A stretch of DNA of 64,000 nt from an uncultured bacterium (lineage in GTDB: Bacteria > Hydrothermota > Tepidihabitantia > SM23-42), in the NCBI GenBank assembly GCA_964419565.1, contig CAYQPW010000008.1, forward strand, positions 28,284-92,283. Direction: 5' to 3'. Below, in pieces: positions 18,362 through 26,473 of this stretch. A program made the translations under genes and the position numbers. Each line of letters starts with the position of its first letter. Position 1 is the first letter of the stretch. The notes under the pieces are model-generated. The model searched no databases and had not been told where the DNA came from. It worked only from the letters and a program-made list of their open reading frames with translations.

Positions 18362-20425
18362 TTACCAGCTGAGAACCTTGAATTCGATTCTTCTATTCTC
18401 ATCACGGCCATATTTCGTACGATTGTCTGCGATAGGTTGTGATTCACCATAGCCAACCGCGATCAAGCGGGTCGGGTCGATATTATGGTATCTAATGAGA
18501 TAATCTCTTACTGCATTCGCTCTCTGGTATGAAAGCTTCTGGTTATAAGAATCAGAACCAACGCTATCTGTATGTCCACTGATCTCAACTCTCATGCCGG
18601 GTTTTGCTGATAGTACTTTGGCAGCATCATCGAGTACTGGGTATGACATCGGTTTGATGACTGCGGAGTTGAAGTCGAAGGTTATACCTTTGAGAACGAC
18701 CTTTTCGCCGACCTTTGGTACTGGTTTCAGACTGAAATTTTGTATTTTGGTTTCGTCTTTTGCCAGGACTACTGGTGCGCTTTCCGGCACGTAATCAGCT
18801 GCTTCGATCTTGACCGAATAAGTTCCAGGTGGTACCGTGACCTTGTATATACCAGTGCTGGGATCGGTCGTGACCTTCGGGATATTGGTGTCGATGAAGA
18901 TAAGTTGAGCAAGCAAAGGTTTGCCAGATTCAACTTCAGAGATCTTCCCTGTGAGCGTTGCCTGATCGACTCCGATCTTGGTCAGCGCGATATCAATAAC
19001 CTTTGATTCATCTTCCTGAACAGTAACGACCTTTTCATTGAACTGGTAATTAGTGGCTTCGACATGGAGTCGATAAGTACCAGGATCCAATGTTATATTA
19101 TACATGCCGGCAGTGTCTGAGTTGATCGCTTTTATCTCGGTTTGCGGGAATGTTATTTCAGCAACGATCGGTGCCTTTGTTTCGAGATCATAGATCTTGC
19201 CGATGATCTTTGATACTGGTTTTTGATTCAGAGCAAAATCAAGAACGATCTGGTCACCATCTTTTAAAACCATACCCTGTTCTTTCCATCGATACCCAGG
19301 TGCCTCAACATGAAAACGGTAACTCCCTGGTGTAAAAGATGTTTCATAAAAACCGACATCACCAGTCTGGATCGCTTCTTTCTCTGATCCAGGGAAAGAC
19401 AATGTCGCGGTAATCGGTTCATTGGTTTTTGCGTCATAGACTTTACCCGACATTTTAGCGATTGGAATATGAATTTCCACTTTCTTGACCAGGTCAGTTC
19501 CTGCTGAGAAATTGAAGAATGCTTTCCAATATGATTCATCCGATTCGTTCAGAATACCTAGTTCACAGCCGACATCAAAATTCACACTCTGACCGCCAAA
19601 GCGCAGGCCTGGTGTAACCCAGAGAGACTCGGCGCTCTGGTCAGTATCGAAGATACCATATGCTTCGAACATGATCCGTGCTGCTTCTGCGGGGATCAAC
19701 TGGATCCCGATACCATGCGTAATATAGTTCGGTCGTTCGTGAAAATCCGCCGCCGCGACATAGGCAGGCTGTTCATCAATACCGGTCACCCAATAACCAA
19801 CATTCAAATGCGTGCCAAATGGACCGACCCTGAAATCGAATAACCCGGTGAATGTGAAATCTGGACTATGGGGTATATAGGGCGGGAAATTCGGCGCGAT
19901 GCCGTAAAATGAATCGGCATAGAACATTCGGTCATTGGCATATGCATTTGAGAAATATTCGGTTGATAATCCTGGACCAAAGTTAACATGACCGTCAACC
20001 CCGATTGCCCAGAACATCGGTGATAATTCATCGAGCATAAAAGCATGTCCAAATTTAGTACCCACCTCGATATCTTTGAAACCGATTGGTGGGTAGGGAT
20101 CACCTCTTTCAACTGGATAGTCGTTTGCCTCGTACCATTTACAGAACGGTGTGATATGAACACGTGTTTCAAAAAAGTCAGTTACTGCATAAGAAAGACC
20201 GGTGGTTATCTGGAAATAATGTTTTCGGTCAGTAGTCGTTTGTCCCTGAACATGGACATCGAAACTCTCAAACCGTTCTTCAGGAGCGAGGTGGAATGCG
20301 AACACACCCATATTATGGGGTTGTGCGTATTGAATCTTGAACATTCCATGGTTGCCGTTTATTGATATCTCCTGAGCAGATACCAGAATAGGCAGTAAAC
20401 ATAATACAGCTAACGTCTTCTTCAT
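18362..20425 (-). CDS. OmpA-family outer membrane protein with an N-terminal beta-barrel-like region and three CarboxypepD_reg-like repeats
   Basis: C-terminal OmpA domain (ITFDFNSAVIKP...EISGHTDSVGSDSYNQKLSYQRANAVRDYL...NRRIEFKV). Three repeats of the GKIYD..T..PI...I.F......T...G.Y...L.PGTY.....A.GY type. Signal peptide MKKTLAVLCLLPILVSAQE, with AAAGGAGG upstream of ATG 20425. Confidence 0.85.
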   Translation of the reverse strand: MKKTLAVLCLLPILVSAQEISINGNHGMFKIQYAQPHNMGVFAFHLAPEERFESFDVHVQGQTTTDRKHYFQITTGLSYAVTDFFETRVHITPFCKWYEANDYPVERGDPYPPIGFKDIEVGTKFGHAFMLDELSPMFWAIGVDGHVNFGPGLSTEYFSNAYANDRMFYADSFYGIAPNFPPYIPHSPDFTFTGLFDFRVGPFGTHLNVGYWVTGIDEQPAYVAAADFHERPNYITHGIGIQLIPAEAARIMFEAYGIFDTDQSAESLWVTPGLRFGGQSVNFDVGCELGILNESDESYWKAFFNFSAGTDLVKKVEIHIPIAKMSGKVYDAKTNEPITATLSFPGSEKEAIQTGDVGFYETSFTPGSYRFHVEAPGYRWKEQGMVLKDGDQIVLDFALNQKPVSKIIGKIYDLETKAPIVAEITFPQTEIKAINSDTAGMYNITLDPGTYRLHVEATNYQFNEKVVTVQEDESKVIDIALTKIGVDQATLTGKISEVESGKPLLAQLIFIDTNIPKVTTDPSTGIYKVTVPPGTYSVKIEAADYVPESAPVVLAKDETKIQNFSLKPVPKVGEKVVLKGITFDFNSAVIKPMSYPVLDDAAKVLSAKPGMRVEISGHTDSVGSDSYNQKLSYQRANAVRDYLIRYHNIDPTRLIAVGYGESQPIADNRTKYGRDENRRIEFKVLSW

Positions 20426-20457
20426 TATACCTCCTTTAATTACAATCGCCAATAATG

Positions 20458-20529
20458 CGGCCCCAACGGGAATCGAACCCGTGTCTCCACCTTGAAAGAG
20501 TGATGTCCTAACCGCTAGACGATGGGGCC
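20458..20529 (-). tRNA. tRNA-Glu (anticodon TTC), CCA not encoded
   Basis: Reverse complement GGCCCCATCGTCTAGCGGTTAGGACATCACTCTTTCAAGGTGGAGACACGGGTTCGATTCCCGTTGGGGCCG folds as a 72-nt cloverleaf with anticodon loop CTTTCAA. Confidence 0.9.
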
Positions 20530-21023
20530 TTGTGCGTCAGAATGTACAAATTTCTGAAGGATTCATTGTCGACGATTGCCTGGTTTATTAAAAAATAGTT
20601 CTCGAGATTTGAATTGGTTGCCATGATTCGGTTACTCAAATCTTCACCCATTGCTAAAAGGAACTTTGCGGCAACTTTCGGATTCTCACTTAAAATTTCC
20701 ATGAAATCCTGTTTCTTCAAGGTCAACAACCGGCAATTTGTCTTGGCTTTGACTGTAGCAGACCTTGGTTTTTCGGTAAGCAGAGCCATTTCACCAAAAA
20801 ATGACGCTTCCTGCAATTCCGATAAAAGCAAAACAACATCACCGCGCGTCAAGTAAACTTCAACTCTCCCGGATTCAATTATGTACATCTCATCGCCGGT
20901 CGTACCTTCTTTAATAATCACCGTATTCTCTTGTATGTCTCGTGTTTTCCATTTAACGAGCATCCAATCAATCTCCTGAGGAGTCAGGTATTTAAAAAGC
21001 CTAACCTTTGTAATATCCTTCAT
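20508..21023 (-). CDS. Cyclic nucleotide-binding domain protein (stand-alone cNMP-binding)
   Basis: cNMP-binding fold motifs: IIKEGTTGDEMYIIESGRVEV...FFGEMALLTEKPRSATVKA. The last 7 codons and the TAG stop overlap the 5' part of tRNA-Glu. Confidence 0.8.
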   Translation of the reverse strand: MKDITKVRLFKYLTPQEIDWMLVKWKTRDIQENTVIIKEGTTGDEMYIIESGRVEVYLTRGDVVLLLSELQEASFFGEMALLTEKPRSATVKAKTNCRLLTLKKQDFMEILSENPKVAAKFLLAMGEDLSNRIMATNSNLENYFLINQAIVDNESFRNLYILTHKAPSSSG

Positions 21024-21074
21024 AAACCCATTCTATTCATATTTGGCTAATTGTCAAGACCACTATTTTGGAAG

Positions 21075-22730
21075 CTACAATAAAACAAACTTCTTTACGA
21101 TCGATGATCTTCCGATCTTAAAACAGCAAAAATATATACCTTTCTGAGCGTATAAGTTGTTATCTGTATATCGATCCCATGTAACCATATGCCCGGGGTT
21201 TTCAAAGATCTTGACGGTTCGTCCACACGCATCATAGATCTCAAGCTGTGTCTGATCAAACCCCGCGTATTGTGAACTAATAATTAATGTGATTTTTCCT
21301 GATCCTGGATTTGGCACAACCAGCAGACTTTTCTCACCAGGTAAATATTCGGGGATTTCTTGAACATAAGGTGAAGCCGTGTCTTTGATGGCTAAAAAGG
21401 CATCCTGGTCACCGAGTCTAGTATCAGTCCAGAGGGGGTGAATGTCATCTATCGACGATGCCGTGAGGCCGATATATTCACCGAGAAGCCCAGCCCGGTC
21501 AGCGAGTATAAAAGGGGTGTCATACTTGACCGGATAACCATCCAGACCCGCCCAGGAACCAGCCGTTGGATCCGATGAAATCGTTGTTATTCTTTCATTA
21601 GTAGACCAGGTAGTACCACCATCAGTCGATATTGTCATGTATAGGTCCATGAGCAGATTTCCAGAGTCAAGCCTTCGATCAAGAAAAACAACGATAATAT
21701 CACCAGCAGGCGTAACTGTGAGCCAGGGGTGGAACTGATCACAGCCATTGTTTTGAGGGTCATCATTAATGCGTATTTTCTGACTCCAGGTAGAGCCACC
21801 GTTTGTTGAACGGGTAAAAAAGATATCAGTATCAGTATATCCAGGTCCATCATCCATGTATGCCACATACATATGACCACTATTCGGCCCGCCGGTTATA
21901 TCGACATCGAGTGCTGGAAAAGAAAAGACTGCGATATTACCGTTGATAGACCCGGAGACAAAAGTGACATTTTGAATTGTAATATCGTTTCCAAAAGTCT
22001 GCCCGCCATCAGTCGAGATATCCAAACGGATCGAACCGGGGTAATAATGCACCCAGGCCACATAGACTTCGCTATTTGGTCCGACCGCAGGGACTGGCCA
22101 CTGGACTCCATTATAATCACTTACCGATACCGGACCGACAAAAGAGCTTCCGCCATCAGTTGAACGGCATAAAAGGATTTGGGTATTATTGAATCTTGCC
22201 CATGCTACATAGAGGTTATTAGTATATGGGCCTGCTGAACGGTCACAAGCGATGAGTTCCTTGTCCTCAAAGACACCGGCAACTCCATTAATAACGGTAA
22301 CCGGGCTACTCCATGTTGCTCCGCCGTCAGTTGATTTATAAACGAACAATCCATTAGGTTCTGAGGTTGAGTTATACGAAAGGATAACTGCATAAAAATT
22401 CCCTGCTGTATCTACGGTCAAACCAGGATCACTATCCCAAACATATTGAGGTTCGTAAAATAGATCCTGATCCCAGGTTAGACCTCCATCATAGGTATAT
22501 GCATAAGCAACTTGGCGATAGCCAAGTCTGAAATCACGCCATACTGCGACCATATTAGTCGTATCAGTAGGGTTCATCACGATCTGCTCTTCATTTTGTA
22601 CCTGATTTGTCGTGTCATTATTGACACGAATATTGAGATACGCTGAATCGCGTTGCCATATAGATCCGATAAGGTATGACGGTACAGCGATTCCCCAAAT
22701 AATACCTATTAGTAGAGAAAATTTTCTCAT
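21075..22730 (-). CDS. BNR/Asp-box repeat (sialidase-fold) secreted protein with T9SS C-terminal sorting domain
   Basis: Five Asp-box repeats (STDGGATWS, STDGGSSF, STDGGQTF, STNGGSTWS, STDGGTTWS). CTD-like tail (LEIYDACGRTVKIF...GIYFCCFKIGRSSIVKKFVLL). Start chosen at MRKFSLLIGIIWG, which has GGAGG upstream. Confidence 0.8.
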   Translation of the reverse strand: MRKFSLLIGIIWGIAVPSYLIGSIWQRDSAYLNIRVNNDTTNQVQNEEQIVMNPTDTTNMVAVWRDFRLGYRQVAYAYTYDGGLTWDQDLFYEPQYVWDSDPGLTVDTAGNFYAVILSYNSTSEPNGLFVYKSTDGGATWSSPVTVINGVAGVFEDKELIACDRSAGPYTNNLYVAWARFNNTQILLCRSTDGGSSFVGPVSVSDYNGVQWPVPAVGPNSEVYVAWVHYYPGSIRLDISTDGGQTFGNDITIQNVTFVSGSINGNIAVFSFPALDVDITGGPNSGHMYVAYMDDGPGYTDTDIFFTRSTNGGSTWSQKIRINDDPQNNGCDQFHPWLTVTPAGDIIVVFLDRRLDSGNLLMDLYMTISTDGGTTWSTNERITTISSDPTAGSWAGLDGYPVKYDTPFILADRAGLLGEYIGLTASSIDDIHPLWTDTRLGDQDAFLAIKDTASPYVQEIPEYLPGEKSLLVVPNPGSGKITLIISSQYAGFDQTQLEIYDACGRTVKIFENPGHMVTWDRYTDNNLYAQKGIYFCCFKIGRSSIVKKFVLL

Positions 22731-22858
22731 GAAACCTCCTGAAATAATTATATGAAGCATCATGTGTTTGTCAACACAGGTGAATTATCGGGCACAAAGA
22801 TTTGACAACAGAGCATTTGCATCTTGATTTTTTCTTAATGCCAAGTATAATACCAGAG

Positions 22859-23587
22859 ATGTCTAAAAAGTCGATATACGACACGTTGAACCAAAAAAAG
22901 CCTGGTGTACTGGCACTTTTTGACCCTGATCGCATGGCTATTGATCAAGTTGGAGAAATAACAGAGTATGTTAGCGCCCGAGGTGTTGCAGGTATTCTTG
23001 TCGGCTCATCTATCCTTATATCACCACACCTCGATACTTTTATTGCCGAAGTAAAAAATCATACAAAGAAACCCGTGATTCTTTTTCCTGGAGGTTCTCA
23101 TCAAGTTTCGGCAAATGCCGATGCGATATTCTTTTTGTCATTATTGAGTGGAAGGAATGCCGAGTATCTGGTGGGCGAACAGGTCAAGGCAGTATTCCTG
23201 GTCAAGGAATATGGTCTTGATGTTATCCCGGTAGGTTATATTCTTATTGAATCAGGACATTGCACAGCAGTCGAGTACATGTCAAATACTCGTTCAATCC
23301 CCCGTTTAAAACCCGAGATCGCCATGGCGCATGCACTGACCGGTGAATATTTCGGGATGAAATACATATACCTTGAAGCAGGTAGCGGTGCTGAGCAAGC
23401 AGTCCCTATTGAGGTGGTGAAAAAGGTAAAAGAGACTATCTCTATCCCGCTGATCGTTGGCGGGGGTATAAGAAGTGCCGAGACTGCTCAGGGGTTAATC
23501 AAAGCTGGTGCTGATTACATTGTACTTGGTAGCATTATAGAACGATCCAAGGAACAATTTGAAGTAATTATGAAAGGAGCGGGATGA
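22859..23587 (+). CDS. Geranylgeranylglyceryl/heptaprenylglyceryl phosphate synthase family protein (GGGPS/PcrB)
   Basis: Family motifs: LFDPDR, ADAIFFLSLLSGRNAEYLVGEQ, YIYLEAGSGA, PLIVGGGIRS. Start set at MSKKSIYD (ATG 22859), 7 nt after a TTGATT-16-TATAAT promoter. Confidence 0.8.
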   Translation: MSKKSIYDTLNQKKPGVLALFDPDRMAIDQVGEITEYVSARGVAGILVGSSILISPHLDTFIAEVKNHTKKPVILFPGGSHQVSANADAIFFLSLLSGRNAEYLVGEQVKAVFLVKEYGLDVIPVGYILIESGHCTAVEYMSNTRSIPRLKPEIAMAHALTGEYFGMKYIYLEAGSGAEQAVPIEVVKKVKETISIPLIVGGGIRSAETAQGLIKAGADYIVLGSIIERSKEQFEVIMKGAG

Positions 23588-24870
23588 AGATCTTAATTGT
23601 CGGCGGTGGTGGTCGGGAACATGCTCTTGCCTGGAAACTGAGTAAAGCAAAAAAGGTTAAAAAGATCTATGCTGCACCAGGTAATCCTGGTATTGCGGAA
23701 CTCGGAACATGTGTTAATATTCTATCTTCGGACATCAAAGGTTTGGTCCGTTTTGCTGAAGAAAAGAAGATTGATCTGACTGTTATCGGGCCTGAAGTTC
23801 CTCTTGCTTTGGGTATTGTCGATGAGTTCGAGCAGAGCGGATTGAAAATATTCGGCCCTAACAAGAGTGCAAGCCGCATCGAGGCTGACAAATCCTTTGC
23901 CCGTGATTTCATGCACCGGTTCGGCATACCGGCACCGAAATTCCAGGTGTATGATACTGCTTCTGAGGCTCTTAAATATACCAAAACGATCAGCAAATAC
24001 CCAGTTGTTATTAAAGCATCAGGATTAGCCTCAGGAAAGGGCGTATTTATCGCTAATACCAAGAAAGATTACGAAAAGCAGATCGATGAAATTTTGGTAC
24101 AGCACCGTCTCGGTGAAGCAGGTAAGCGGGTAGTCGTCGAGGAATTCCTCACCGGACAGGAGGCTTCGATATTTATCTTGACTGATGGTATGGCGATCAC
24201 CTATTTACCATCTTCACAAGACCATAAAAAACTTTATGATCGCAATCGGGGCCCTAATACCGGCGGCATGGGAGCTTATGCTCCTTATCCGACAAACCGC
24301 CGTGTTAGTACTATTATTGAACAGGTTATTATTCAGCCGACAGTTCTATCCTTAAGAGATCAGGGGATTAACTATAAAGGCGTGCTCTATGCGGGTATAA
24401 TAATAACTTCGTTAGGACCAAAAGTCCTGGAATTCAACTGCCGTTTTGGCGATCCTGAAGCCCAGGTGATCCTGCCCATAATTGAAGGAGATATGCTTGA
24501 AATGATGCTTGCCGTGGTCGACGGTAAGCTTGCTGACGTTGAGGTTAAGACGAAAAATCAGTGGTCGATATGTGTTGTTTTAGCGTCAGGCGGATATCCA
24601 TTTGATTATCGAGTCGGCGAGGAGATACAGTTTAAAGAGAAATTATCCACTAAGACGATTATTTTCCAGGCCGGGACAAAAAAAGAGAATTCAAAGCTCG
24701 TTACTGCATCTGGACGGGTATTGAATGTCGTTACAACACATGAAAATTTGAAAGTGGCTAAACAGAAAGTCTATAGTGAAATTAAGAAAATACACTTTAA
24801 AGGCATGTACTACCGCAAGGATATCGGTAATTCAGGCATGAAGAAGATGAAAAGAAAGAGGCGAAAATGA
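23584..24870 (+). CDS. purD: Phosphoribosylamine--glycine ligase
   Basis: MKILIVGGGGREHALAWKL...PGNPGIA...ATP-grasp...EFNCRFGDPE: canonical PurD. Confidence 0.95.
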   Translation: MKILIVGGGGREHALAWKLSKAKKVKKIYAAPGNPGIAELGTCVNILSSDIKGLVRFAEEKKIDLTVIGPEVPLALGIVDEFEQSGLKIFGPNKSASRIEADKSFARDFMHRFGIPAPKFQVYDTASEALKYTKTISKYPVVIKASGLASGKGVFIANTKKDYEKQIDEILVQHRLGEAGKRVVVEEFLTGQEASIFILTDGMAITYLPSSQDHKKLYDRNRGPNTGGMGAYAPYPTNRRVSTIIEQVIIQPTVLSLRDQGINYKGVLYAGIIITSLGPKVLEFNCRFGDPEAQVILPIIEGDMLEMMLAVVDGKLADVEVKTKNQWSICVVLASGGYPFDYRVGEEIQFKEKLSTKTIIFQAGTKKENSKLVTASGRVLNVVTTHENLKVAKQKVYSEIKKIHFKGMYYRKDIGNSGMKKMKRKRRK

Positions 24871-25277
24871 AGGTTTGGATATTCATGGGCAGTAAGTCTG
24901 ACAATGAGGTTATGATGAATGCCGAGGAGATTCTTAAAAAAGAATCTGTTCCTTTTGAAACTTTCATCTATTCAGCACACCGTGAGCCCGAAAAAATTAA
25001 AGCATTACTGGTCAAGGCAAAAGATGAAGAAGTCATCGCAATTATTGCGGGCGCTGGATTAGCTGCCCACCTGCCAGGTTTTGTCGCATCCCAGACAGAC
25101 ATCCCGGTTTTGGGTGTGCCCTTACCAGGTTCGACACTGGGTGGTATTGATTCATTGCTTTCGATCGTCCAGATGCCATCAGGTGTGCCAGTCGCATGTT
25201 TCGGGATCGGAAAACACGGGGTGAAGAACGCGGCGCTATTTGCCGCGCGACTATACCATCTTTTAGATAAAAAGTAA
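24867..25277 (+). CDS. purE: 5-(carboxyamino)imidazole ribonucleotide mutase (PurE family), short form
   Basis: MGSKSD...SAHREPEK...AGLAAHLPGFVASQTDIPVLGVPL...SIVQMPSGVPVA. The start overlaps the purD stop. Confidence 0.85.
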   Translation: MKVWIFMGSKSDNEVMMNAEEILKKESVPFETFIYSAHREPEKIKALLVKAKDEEVIAIIAGAGLAAHLPGFVASQTDIPVLGVPLPGSTLGGIDSLLSIVQMPSGVPVACFGIGKHGVKNAALFAARLYHLLDKK

Positions 25278-25305
25278 TAAAACCTTAGTTTTTTAATTAA
25301 CTCCT

Positions 25306-26397
25306 ATGTTGATAAATATCAAAGATACAAAAGAGTTTTATTCCCGGATCATAGAGAATCTTAAAAAGGGACGGATCATAGCATTACCCACGGATACAAT
25401 ATATGGTTTTGCAGTTGATGGGGTCAATACAAAGGCATTGGAAAGATTAACGAAAATCAAAGAGCGCGAAGATAAGCCGTTTACATTCTTCACATCAAGG
25501 AATCGTATAGAAGATTATGCACATATTACCAAAAGAAATATCATTGAGTGTTTTGTGCCCGGACCGATTACCGTCATATTGAGAAGAAACAAGGGGAAAC
25601 CATTGCCCGTGGAAAAAGATAAGATCGGTATCAGAATTCCGCAGGTTGATTTTATCATTAAACTTCTGAGTAAATATGATAACCCCTTGGCAGTAACGAG
25701 TGCAAATCGATCAGGAGAGTTAACACTCCATTCAGCTTTGGATATTGTCGAGCAATTCCCCGGAGTCGATCTGGTTATCGATGGCGGTAGGCTTATTTCA
25801 GAGCCATCGACAGTTATTGATCTTGCGACTACGCCACCGGTCGTAAAAAGAAAAGGAGTTGTCCCGATCCTTGAAATAGAAAGAGTCTATGGACACAATA
25901 TAATGCTCGAGCATTCCCTTAAATTCAACGTGCTTTTTGTATGCAGCGGCAATACTTGCCGAAGCCCTATGGCCGAAGGTCTTCTAAAAACTATGGTCGA
26001 TGAAGACTACTGTGTTGTCAAATCAGCTGGCACATTACCGATGAACGGGCTGCCGCCTTCAGCGAACAGTGTGCAGGTCGTTAAAGAGTACGAGGGGTCT
26101 ATTAGGGATCACTTATCTCAAACCGTGAGTAAAGAATTGATAGGCTGGGCTGATTTGATCCTGGTAATGGGTTATAAGCATTTCCAGCACATTATTGATA
26201 TCCAACCCGCGGCTGTCATTAAAACCTCACTTCTAAAAGAATATAAAAGGAAAGTCAAGTATAATGAAATTTCTGACCCGGTCGGGCAGGATATCGACGC
26301 TTACCGGGATAGCGCAGAGAGTATGCTGCCTTCACTCAAACTCATTGCGCGAGATATCAAGAGAAGATTTGAAAAAAGAGTAAAGAGTAAGGAGTAA
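25306..26397 (+). CDS. Fusion of L-threonylcarbamoyladenylate synthase (TsaC/YwlC/Sua5 YrdC domain) with a low-molecular-weight protein phosphatase
   Basis: N-terminal YrdC-domain motifs (ALPTDTIYGFAVD, KEREDKP, AVTSANRSGE). The C-terminal half carries the LMW-PTP P-loop FVCSGNTCRSPMAEG and a DP motif. Confidence 0.85.
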   Translation: MLINIKDTKEFYSRIIENLKKGRIIALPTDTIYGFAVDGVNTKALERLTKIKEREDKPFTFFTSRNRIEDYAHITKRNIIECFVPGPITVILRRNKGKPLPVEKDKIGIRIPQVDFIIKLLSKYDNPLAVTSANRSGELTLHSALDIVEQFPGVDLVIDGGRLISEPSTVIDLATTPPVVKRKGVVPILEIERVYGHNIMLEHSLKFNVLFVCSGNTCRSPMAEGLLKTMVDEDYCVVKSAGTLPMNGLPPSANSVQVVKEYEGSIRDHLSQTVSKELIGWADLILVMGYKHFQHIIDIQPAAVIKTSLLKEYKRKVKYNEISDPVGQDIDAYRDSAESMLPSLKLIARDIKRRFEKRVKSKE

Positions 26398-26473
26398 GGA
26401 GTAAACAGTATGGAGTATTGGAATACGAATACGACACACGAATCACGAATACGGAGCAATAATCTGTAATCAT

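Noticed and set aside
21635-22393. Several 60-96-aa ORFs on both strands within the BNR-repeat gene
   Set aside because: They are nested in a 550-aa ORF that has five canonical Asp-box repeats and a sorting domain, and they have no independent support.
26401-26470. Possible CRISPR-like or minisatellite array (ACGAAT repeats)
   Set aside because: The units are 6-8 nt, irregular, and have no unique spacers. No cas genes are nearby. This is simple low-complexity intergenic sequence.
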